Shown: piece after piece, positions 6,588-13,110 of the stretch | Layout of the letters: every line of letters starts with the position of its first letter | Numbering within the stretch: position 1 is the first letter of the stretch | Source: a virus | Strand: one strand, 5' to 3' | Virus genome (UHGV): UHGV-0162637 | DNA: 13,110 bases | Position numbers and translations under genes: made by a program | Notes under the pieces: model-generated | Told to the model about the DNA's origin: nothing | The model's input: only the letters and a program-made list of their open reading frames with translations | Databases searched by the model: none

Positions 6588-6773
6588 ATGTACAAAAAAG
6601 ATGTTATTGACCACTTCGGAACCCAGCGTGCTGTTGCTAAAGCACTAGGCATTAGCGATGCAGCAGTCTCTCAGTGGAAAGAAGTTATCCCAGAGAAAGA
6701 CGCCTATCGATTGGAAATCGTTACAGCTGGCGCCCTGAAGTATCAAGAAAGTGCTTACCGCCAAGCGGCATAA
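6588..6773 (+). CDS. cro: Cro repressor (P22 Cro family), 61 aa
   Basis: MYKKDVIDHFGTQRAVAKALGISDAAVSQWKEVIPEKDAYRLEIVTAGALKYQESAYRQAA matches P22 Cro as recalled; transcribed rightward from PR. Confidence 0.9.
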   Translation: MYKKDVIDHFGTQRAVAKALGISDAAVSQWKEVIPEKDAYRLEIVTAGALKYQESAYRQAA

Positions 6774-6780
6774 GCAAATT

Positions 6781-6820
6781 GCTCTTTAACAGTTCTGGCC
6801 TTTCACCTCTAACCGGGTGA
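6781..6820 (+). promoter_or_regulatory. putative nutR (boxA plus boxB hairpin)
   Basis: GCTCTTTAACA (6781-6791), identical to the boxA of the putative nutL, followed 11 nt later by hairpin TCACC-TCTAACCG-GGTGA. The loop shares CTAACC with the nutL hairpin loop. Confidence 0.5.
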
Positions 6821-6888
6821 GCAAACATCAGCGGCAAATCCATTGGGTGTGCCGCTATAACTCAATACCAATATAGGAAAATTAACAA

Positions 6889-7185
6889 ATGGCACAAGCA
6901 AGCTACAGCAAGCCAACACAGCGAGAAATTGATCGCGCTGAAACTGATTTACTCATCAACCTGTCAACGCTTACCCAGCGCGGTCTGGCAAAGATGATTG
7001 GCTGTCATGAATCGAAGATAAGCAGAACGGACTGGAGATTTATTGCTTCGGTCTTGTGTGCTTTCGGAATGGCATCAGACATCAGTCCGATTAGCAGGGC
7101 TTTTAAGTATGCGCTTGATGAAATCACAAAGAAAAAATCCCCGGCCGCCACCGAGGATTTTAAGCAAATTGATATGCAATTCTGA
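6889..7185 (+). CDS. cII: CII-like transcriptional activator (lambda CII / P22 C1 family), 98 aa
   Basis: AGGAAA SD; C-terminus ...TKKKSPAATEDFKQIDMQF parallels lambda CII ...TNKKRPAATERSEQIQMEF (recalled); central HTH-like segment; canonical position after cro and nutR. Confidence 0.85.
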   Translation: MAQASYSKPTQREIDRAETDLLINLSTLTQRGLAKMIGCHESKISRTDWRFIASVLCAFGMASDISPISRAFKYALDEITKKKSPAATEDFKQIDMQF

Positions 7186-7217
7186 GGGAATTACTGGATC
7201 AATCCACAGGAGTAATT

Positions 7218-7379
7218 ATGACAAAACGTCGTAAGAAATACCAGGAAAAAGAAGAGATTCGACACCCTGATTCACCTGAGGGATTAGTGGTAGCCGCAGC
7301 AAATAACAGGGCGTTCGCAGAGCGCCTTGTTGGTGTTTACAGACTAGCCAAAGCAGGAGTGAAACATGGGCGTCGTTAA
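7218..7379 (+). CDS. hypothetical small basic protein (53 aa) between cII and the O-like gene
   Basis: ATG at 7218 preceded by ACAGGAG at 6 nt; product MTKRRKKYQEKEEIRHPDSPEGLV... . Its 3' end overlaps the O-like start by 14 nt. Below the ORF-track size cut-off. Confidence 0.4.
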   Translation: MTKRRKKYQEKEEIRHPDSPEGLVVAAANNRAFAERLVGVYRLAKAGVKHGRR

Positions 7380-8256
7380 GTTAGCTGATTACAGGCATAA
7401 CCCTGTACAACATCAGGAGGCATCCAGTATGGGGTATGTCTCTATACACCGCCAGTTTATGGACAGCAGGCTCTATAAGGACTCTCAGGCAGTACATCTT
7501 TGGCTTCACTTAATCCTCAAGGCTAATCACGAATCTACTGTCGTCAATACGGATATCGGTCCGATAACTGTTGATCGCGGTCAGATGATAACTGGACGCC
7601 CGTCGCTGGTCAGAGAAACATTCATTCCAGACAACAAAGTTCGGAGCTTATTACGGACTTTTGAGTCGAAAGGGATGCTTAATATTTGCTCGATGGGGAA
7701 GAAATTTAGCCTGTTTACAATTGTTAAATATGACGATTTTCAGGCAAAAAATTGTCCAACGGTTGTCCAACGATTGTCCAACGCAACCCCCAGTAATGGC
7801 GCGGCTCTCAGCGGAGATTGTCCAACGGTTGTCCAACGATTGTCCATAAACAATAATATAAATAATATCTCTAATACTGACGTATTAGAGAGTACCGCAG
7901 CAGACAAAAAGTCTGACAAGAAAAAACCTTCCGTTAGCTGTCAGGATGTTGTCGATGCTTACCACGAAATCCTTCCTGAAGCGCCAAGAATCCGCGCACT
8001 GAATGACAAGCGTAAAAACCAGATCCGAACGTTCTGGCGCAAAGCCGGAGTAATAACACGTCAACTTGACGGGCATGGGTTCACGATGCAGGACTGGAGA
8101 AATTATTTGAGCTACGTTGGCGAAAATTGCCGATGGATGTTCGAAGAGCGCCCAAACCATCAACGCGGAACCGTCTGGCACAAAAAGGGATTTGATTTCC
8201 TGCTTAACGATAATACCTACCTGAAAGTTCGTGAGGGTGAACACGATGACCGATAA
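7366..8256 (+). CDS. O: replication initiator protein (lambda O-like), origin iterons embedded in the gene
   Basis: Position after cII; the iteron cluster in mid-gene is translated as the repeat CPTVVQRLSN. AGGAG SD before ATG 7366; an alternative in-frame ATG at 7429 has an AGGAGG SD, so the true start may be 7429. Confidence 0.8.
   Translation: MGVVKLADYRHNPVQHQEASSMGYVSIHRQFMDSRLYKDSQAVHLWLHLILKANHESTVVNTDIGPITVDRGQMITGRPSLVRETFIPDNKVRSLLRTFESKGMLNICSMGKKFSLFTIVKYDDFQAKNCPTVVQRLSNATPSNGAALSGDCPTVVQRLSINNNINNISNTDVLESTAADKKSDKKKPSVSCQDVVDAYHEILPEAPRIRALNDKRKNQIRTFWRKAGVITRQLDGHGFTMQDWRNYLSYVGENCRWMFEERPNHQRGTVWHKKGFDFLLNDNTYLKVREGEHDDR
7753..7880. repeat. lambdoid replication origin: six iterons plus AT-rich region
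   Basis: TTGTCCAACG at 7753, 7764 and 7775, then again at 7818 and 7829, with a variant TTGTCCATAA at 7840 (11-bp periodicity, two clusters 33 bp apart), followed by an AT-rich stretch 7850-7880. Same architecture as lambda ori inside O. Confidence 0.8.
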
Positions 8257-8788
8257 TTTTTATGCGCCGCCCCATAGCATCGAGGCAGAGCAGGCGGTGA
8301 TTGGTGGATTGCTTCTGGATGATGACAGCAGTGAGCGCGTCCAGAAAGTTCTGGCGATGCTGAAGCCTGATTCATTTTACAGCCGACCACACAAAATCCT
8401 TTTCGAAGAAATAACCAGAATGCACCGGGAGCAAAAGCCAGTAGATGGCCTGACGCTTTTCGATGAACTGGAGCGTAAATCGTTAACGGTGTCTGTTGGC
8501 GGTTTTGCTTATATCGCTGAGATCGCAAAGAACACGCCAAGCGCAGCAAACATCGTTGCCTATGCAATGCAGGTTCGTGAAACCGCAATGGAACGCTACG
8601 CCATCAACCGCATGACTGAAGCGACGGAATTGCTCTATCTCACAGTAAAAGCCGCCGGTGTGTGGGCGGGTGGCATTGAAACACCTTCGGTGGAAACTCC
8701 ATCGGAAGGTTCAAAATTTTTTGGTTTTGATATGGATAACGAATTCATCAGTGGTTTTGATGTAGGAGCATGGGGAAAATTACTCTGA
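8246..8788 (+). CDS. DnaB-family replicative helicase, N-terminal domain only (truncated, likely non-functional fragment)
   Basis: ATG 8246 with GAGGG SD, overlapping the O stop. Residues PPHSIEAEQAVIGGLLLD...SVGGFAYIAEIAKNTPSAANIVAYA align with the E. coli DnaB N-terminal domain (recalled). Similarity ends after about 140 aa and the ORF stops at 181 aa; the RecA-like ATPase domain is absent. Confidence 0.7.
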   Translation: MTDNFYAPPHSIEAEQAVIGGLLLDDDSSERVQKVLAMLKPDSFYSRPHKILFEEITRMHREQKPVDGLTLFDELERKSLTVSVGGFAYIAEIAKNTPSAANIVAYAMQVRETAMERYAINRMTEATELLYLTVKAAGVWAGGIETPSVETPSEGSKFFGFDMDNEFISGFDVGAWGKLL

Positions 8789-9690
8789 TGGCTAAAAATG
8801 AATTTAAACCATTTGCAACTGGCTCTGGTGCTAACGTAACAACTCAGACAGACTGGGAATCATTACCTGTCCTATCTGCTGGCTTTACATCGGGGAAGGC
8901 ATCAAGTGCTCAGGTGAACAAAGGTCTGAGGCAAGGAACGGCAATGGCGGCTGCTGTGGGGCAGTTTATCGCAGATAATACCAGTGAGGATGTGAAAGAT
9001 AATGGTGATATTGCGGGGCTCTCTGCGCAATTAGCGAGTGCGGTAGAGCAGGCTGCAACAGGACGGCTTATTGGTGTTCGCACAATAACGACATCCGGGA
9101 CTTATACGCCAACCCCAGGAACGAAAAGCATTATTGTTGAAGTCCAAGGCGCAGGCGGAGGAGGGGGCGGGGTTGGTACAACTAACTCTACCAGTGTTGC
9201 AGTTGGGTGTGGAGGGGGAGGTGGCGCCTACGCTAAATCCCGTATCACCAATTTAGACTCAGCATATACTGTAACCATTGGAGCTGGTGGAGCTGGTGGG
9301 GTTAACGGTAATGGAGGAAACGGTGGTGGATCTTCTTTCGGATCTATAACCGCTGGCGGTGGATTTGGTGGTGGTTCAGGAAATGGGGTACCTCCTATTA
9401 TTCAGAACTCACCAGGAATTCCTATAGCATCCGGAGGTAATATTTTAAATCTCTCTGGAGAGAATCCAACTATTGGCATGGCTATATCGACTAGCTCTAT
9501 CATCTCTGGTGGCGGAGGTAATAGTCCATTAGGTGTGGGTGGTAATCCACACGGCTCAGCGGGTATCGGTGTATTGCCGACTGGTTTCGGGGCTGGGGGC
9601 GGTGGGGCTAACGCATATGTGAATAATGCCACCCAATATAACGGAGCCGCCGGTGGTAATGGTATTGTTCTTATCTGGGAGTATGCATGA
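8788..9690 (+). CDS. glycine-rich protein (about 300 aa), possibly phage tail-fibre-like; function unknown
   Basis: Long intact ORF; ATG 8788 overlaps the stop of the helicase fragment (TGATG), with an alternative in-frame ATG at 8770. Non-glycine-rich N-terminal region of about 130 aa, then poly-Gly and GxGG tracts to the C-terminus ...GIVLIWEYA. Family assignment is tentative. Confidence 0.65.
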   Translation: MAKNEFKPFATGSGANVTTQTDWESLPVLSAGFTSGKASSAQVNKGLRQGTAMAAAVGQFIADNTSEDVKDNGDIAGLSAQLASAVEQAATGRLIGVRTITTSGTYTPTPGTKSIIVEVQGAGGGGGGVGTTNSTSVAVGCGGGGGAYAKSRITNLDSAYTVTIGAGGAGGVNGNGGNGGGSSFGSITAGGGFGGGSGNGVPPIIQNSPGIPIASGGNILNLSGENPTIGMAISTSSIISGGGGNSPLGVGGNPHGSAGIGVLPTGFGAGGGGANAYVNNATQYNGAAGGNGIVLIWEYA

Positions 9691-9866
9691 TGAAATATGC
9701 ATTGGTAGAAAATGATGTTGTGATTAACGTTATATTATGGAACGGCGATGGAAAACAATACGATGATTATCTCTGTATAAAGCTTGACGACAATAGCGTT
9801 GTTGGTGTTGGGTATACATATTCAGAGGGTAGGTTTTTGCCCCCTGAATATATTGATGAATTATAG
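9687..9866 (+). CDS. hypothetical small protein (59 aa) coupled to the glycine-rich gene
   Basis: ATG overlaps the stop of the glycine-rich ORF (ATGATGA); product MMKYALVENDVVINVILWNGDGKQYDDYLCIKLDDNSVVGVGYTYSEGRFLPPEYIDEL. Its 3' end overlaps the convergent acyltransferase stop by 6 nt. Below the ORF-track size cut-off. Confidence 0.35.
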   Translation: MMKYALVENDVVINVILWNGDGKQYDDYLCIKLDDNSVVGVGYTYSEGRFLPPEYIDEL

Positions 9867-10955
9867 TGGTGAAATATTTTTACTCATTATTAGTCTCCCT
9901 GTTCTTATAAATTTCTTTTCTACATATCTATATGATAAATCAGAAAAGACAACTAGCAAAAGAATGAAAGCGAAGAAGTATATAACTTTGTTTTCGTAAA
10001 TGACGGTGTTAAGGGAGAGTTTGTTCAAAACCTCCCTTGTTACATGTAGTAATGGTAAATGGCAAAGATAAATGCTATAAGATCTATCCCCAATCCAGTC
10101 CAGCATTTTATATGCTGGATTATCTTTTTTATCTACCACACCACCACTAATAAAACATAGAAATAATAATGCACCAGCAAAACCAATCGCAGGTAATGTC
10201 AATCTATAGTTAAAGTGCTGAGGGGCAACGAGTAAAACAAAAATGCAAACTATAATAAAAAATAGTCTTGTGCATTTATTGCTTACATAACACTTGCTTC
10301 CAGTTATGAATATAATTGCTCCCAGAAAGAATGCTTGTGGTCTAATCCACCAACCAATGGATTGATAGTACATTTGAGTTACTGGCAGGAAAGATGCAAT
10401 AGCTACTATGAATATGAAAATAATCGTCAGATTTTTCCTGTTAAAGAGCAGCATGATTGCCGCAATTATAGCATACAGTTGCCATTCCAAAGATAGAGAC
10501 CAGGTCACCGCATTCATTTGGTCACAATCATTTGCTGTTACTGCGCACCTATAGAAGTGGATATTAGAATAACCAAGTAGGGATGTATATAACGTAGTGA
10601 ATGATTTAAGAGGTGAAACACCCCAAGAAGGTTGCATAAAATAAGAGATTATTATACAGATGGTGCCCCATACAAGTAAGCATGGGGCTAGCCTAAATAT
10701 TCTTTTAGATAAAAATAATAAAAATATTTTAGTTGTTCTGCCGGTTTTTTTTATTTCCCCAGTTAAGCTTTTAGCCATCAAATATCCAGATATAGCCAAA
10801 AATATATCAACTCCAGCCCAATAATTAACGTAATTAAAACTGCTCAAATACCAATCTGGCGAAGGTAATCTATTTCTATAATGTTGTAGAATAACCATTA
10901 TTATGGCTACCGCCCTTAGCGCTTGAATGTCAAGGTTTTTATTATTTAGGGTCAT
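9861..10955 (-). CDS. acyltransferase family 3 integral membrane protein (O-antigen acetylase-like, Oac/OafA type)
   Basis: 364-aa polytopic membrane protein with the conserved N-terminal motif LDIQALRAVAIIMVILQHY and many hydrophobic segments. Visibly AT-rich compared with flanking DNA. Lies at the prophage/host boundary where P22- and Sf6-like phages carry O-antigen modification genes (recalled). Confidence 0.85.
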   Translation of the reverse strand: MTLNNKNLDIQALRAVAIIMVILQHYRNRLPSPDWYLSSFNYVNYWAGVDIFLAISGYLMAKSLTGEIKKTGRTTKIFLLFLSKRIFRLAPCLLVWGTICIIISYFMQPSWGVSPLKSFTTLYTSLLGYSNIHFYRCAVTANDCDQMNAVTWSLSLEWQLYAIIAAIMLLFNRKNLTIIFIFIVAIASFLPVTQMYYQSIGWWIRPQAFFLGAIIFITGSKCYVSNKCTRLFFIIVCIFVLLVAPQHFNYRLTLPAIGFAGALLFLCFISGGVVDKKDNPAYKMLDWIGDRSYSIYLCHLPLLHVTREVLNKLSLNTVIYENKVIYFFAFILLLVVFSDLSYRYVEKKFIRTGRLIMSKNISPL

Positions 10956-11887
10956 GCTATACTCATCTTATTTAAGAATAAATATTAGATGGTAATCATA
11001 ACCTACCATCAGCTTGCTTTCATTGCCTGGAGCATGATTGTGGCAAAAAATTAGCGCAAAAAAAACTCAAAACTGGCGAAGGTGTCGATTCGTCTTGCGC
11101 TAATGTTCTGTGCCATTTTTGTGTCACACGCAGTTTGACACCTTAGATCATTTTCAATCATGTACCATCAACTTCATTAGTGTGAATGCGGAGATGGCCT
11201 TTATAAACAGTTAGTTATGCGTGATTCTGCTAATTCGTAATGCGAAGGTCATGTGACGTTACCGTCAATCCAGTCCGCCCACCACTGCATCATTTTTCTG
11301 CGCTTAACGTAGCGGATGTCTCACTATCACACGGTGATGGTCCATTACTGCTTTGTAGAATGGATAGAGAACTGAGGATAAAAAGATATCCCAAAACCCA
11401 AAATCTCATCTTTAGGATTTGCAGAAAGGTAGGCGTGAACAGATACCTACACATGAAGACGGAGCTAGTCCAGATGTGATATTTGTGGTGATCACATACA
11501 TCATCAACGATGCTCGTTATGGTGAGTTTGATGACTACCCGCTGAAGTGAAAATTGTGTTGTGTACCAAATTGCGTACCAAACTAAAATCACAAATCATG
11601 AAACCCTTGTTCATGGCGGTTCTCAGGGGTGTTTCGCGTAATCGTGAAACAAAAAGGTAGATTGTTGCTTACCGTCATTCATCATTAGGTTAAATCCGTT
11701 ATTTCTGCTGTCTGCCAGAGTATCAAATATCACCGTGCTAATCAGCTTTAGCGCCACAATTTGGCAGCGAGTGGCAACAGATCATGTCAGATAAAAATGA
11801 GAGGGTAGTCACATTTTCTTGCACTTTATTCCAGCCAGTTCATAAGTATTTCCGTAAAAAGAACAGCTATTTGAAACTCCTGAGGGT

Positions 11888-13060
11888 TTGCTGTTGAAAC
11901 GCCGTCTTATTATTGCTGCTTCTTTGTTCGTTTTTAACTTATCGTCTGGTTTTGCGGCGGAAAACATTCCTTTTTCACCTCAGCCTCCAGAGATTCATGC
12001 CGGGTCCTGGGTATTGATGGATTACACCACCGGTCAGATCCTCACCGCGGTTAATGAGCATCAACAGCGCAATCCCGCCAGCCTGACAAAGCTGATGACG
12101 GGTTATGTCGTGGATCGCGCTATCGATAGTCATCGCATTACGCCAGACGATATTGTCACCGTGGGGCGCGATGCGTGGGCGAAAGATAATCCGGTGTTTG
12201 TCGGTTCTTCACTGATGTTTTTGAAAGAGGGCGATCGCGTATCGGTACGTGATTTAAGCCGTGGTTTAATTGTGGATTCTGGAAATGACGCTTGTGTTGC
12301 TCTGGCTGACTATATTGCCGGTGGGCAACGGCAGTTTGTTGAAATGATGAACAACTATGCCGAGAAGCTGCATCTCAAGGATACGCATTTTGAAACAGTG
12401 CATGGTCTGGATGCACCTGGCCAGCATAGCTCGGCTTATGATTTAGCTGTGCTTTCTCGCGCTATCATCCACGGCGAGCCCGAGTTTTATCATATGTACA
12501 GTGAGAAAAGTCTCACCTGGAACGGTATCACCCAGCAAAACCGTAACGGGTTGTTGTGGGATAAAACCATGAATGTTGACGGCCTGAAAACGGGTCATAC
12601 TTCTGGTGCCGGGTTTAATCTCATTGCTTCGGCTGTAGATGGGCAGCGTCGTCTCATTGCAGTGGTAATGGGGGCTGACAGTGCAAAAGGTCGTGAGGAA
12701 GAGGCAAGAAAATTACTGCGTTGGGGGCAACAAAACTTTACTACGGTGCAAATTTTGCACCGTGGGAAAAAGGTCGGAACGGAACGCATCTGGTATGGCG
12801 ATAAAGAAAATATCGACCTGGGAACGGAACAAGAGTTCTGGATGGTGCTACCGAAAGCCGAAATTCCACATATCAAAGCCAAATATACCCTTGATGGTAA
12901 AGAGCTCACCGCGCCAATTAGCGCCCATCAGCGGGTAGGGGAAATTGAACTTTACGACCGTGATAAACAGGTGGCGCACTGGCCGCTGGTTACCCTGGAA
13001 TCTGTCGGGGAAGGCGGCATGTTTTCCCGCCTGAGTGATTATTTCCACCATAAGGCCTGA
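11888..13060 (+). CDS. dacD: D-alanyl-D-alanine carboxypeptidase DacD (penicillin-binding protein 6b)
   Basis: 390-aa product with signal peptide and the SxxK (ASLTK), SGN and KTG motifs of class-C low-molecular-weight PBPs; matches E. coli DacD as recalled. The start is a TTG at 11888, so the exact start is uncertain. Confidence 0.9.
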   Translation: MLLKRRLIIAASLFVFNLSSGFAAENIPFSPQPPEIHAGSWVLMDYTTGQILTAVNEHQQRNPASLTKLMTGYVVDRAIDSHRITPDDIVTVGRDAWAKDNPVFVGSSLMFLKEGDRVSVRDLSRGLIVDSGNDACVALADYIAGGQRQFVEMMNNYAEKLHLKDTHFETVHGLDAPGQHSSAYDLAVLSRAIIHGEPEFYHMYSEKSLTWNGITQQNRNGLLWDKTMNVDGLKTGHTSGAGFNLIASAVDGQRRLIAVVMGADSAKGREEEARKLLRWGQQNFTTVQILHRGKKVGTERIWYGDKENIDLGTEQEFWMVLPKAEIPHIKAKYTLDGKELTAPISAHQRVGEIELYDRDKQVAHWPLVTLESVGEGGMFSRLSDYFHHKA

Positions 13061-13110
13061 CCTTTCTTTTGCAGCAGACTGGCAGGAGTGCGAGTCTGCT
13101 CGCATAATCA

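Noticed and set aside
7043-7234. 63-aa plus-strand ORF overlapping the 3' end of the CII-like gene
   Set aside because: Out of frame with cII, no RBS, basic low-complexity product; the nearby 7218 ORF with a real SD is the better small-gene candidate.
7651-8244. ORFs 7651-7836 (-), 7661-7849 (+) and 7885-8244 (-) within the O-like gene
   Set aside because: They arise from the iteron repeats (the same DNWT/VQRL peptides recur) or are antisense to O; not independent genes. The iterons are also not a CRISPR array: the units are 11 bp with no spacers.
8217-8588. 123-aa minus-strand ORF antisense to the helicase fragment
   Set aside because: Antisense shadow in GC-richer DNA; no start context.
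8738-8830. Apparent similarity between the tail of the helicase-fragment ORF (MDNEFISGFDVGA) and the start of the glycine-rich ORF (MAKNEFKPFATGSGA)
   Set aside because: Only a short NEF-containing match requiring gaps; too weak to call a duplication without an alignment statistic.
9402-9632. Proline-rich 76-aa ORF on the minus strand
   Set aside because: Reverse complement of the glycine codon runs in the glycine-rich gene (GGN read as NCC); a low-complexity shadow.
9784-9999. 71-aa plus-strand ORF overlapping the acyltransferase 3' end
   Set aside because: Antisense to the acyltransferase with no RBS; the coupled 59-aa ORF at 9687-9866 is the better candidate in this interval.
11240-11592. 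ORFs 11240-11479 (+) and 11290-11592 (-) in the region upstream of dacD
   Set aside because: They overlap each other on opposite strands, have no convincing RBS and give non-protein-like products; treated as non-coding or decayed, flagged for comparison in the findings.
12595-13105. ORFs 12595-12909 (-), 12681-12938 (+) and 12848-13105 (-) within dacD
   Set aside because: Antisense or out of frame within the well-supported dacD gene.
13061-13110. Inverted repeat GCAGACT...AGTCTGC after the dacD stop
   Set aside because: Could be the dacD terminator stem, but the window ends before any T-tract can be seen.

Overview
This window is the early (immunity, recombination, replication) region of a mosaic lambdoid prophage, followed by an abrupt junction and then the host gene dacD; no tRNA, rRNA or CRISPR array was found. 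All calls are from reading the sequence and recalled protein families; no database search was run. Minus strand, 50-5542, is a tightly coupled leftward (PL-type) operon: an Ea8.5-like Cys-rich protein, two Ea22-like proteins, two small unknowns, an SSB-like protein, Erf, a small Kil/Arf-position protein, a CIII-like protein, a two-TM membrane protein, Ral with an orf28-like peptide, and an N-like antiterminator. SieB-like is on the opposite strand (4672-5253). The immunity core is P22-type: C2 repressor (5857-6507, minus) with its terminator, three operators and PR, then Cro, a CII-like activator and an O-like initiator carrying origin iterons. The prophage then breaks off: a DnaB-like helicase gene is cut to its N-terminal domain (8246-8788) and runs directly into a 306-aa glycine-rich protein, a 59-aa ORF and a convergent AT-rich family-3 acyltransferase, with about 930 bp of apparently non-coding DNA before dacD. 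The best candidate for an undescribed function is the self-contained insert at 3575-4260: a 149-aa membrane protein with its own weak promoter and terminator, flanked by identical 14-mers. The glycine-rich protein module at the truncation junction is the second candidate.
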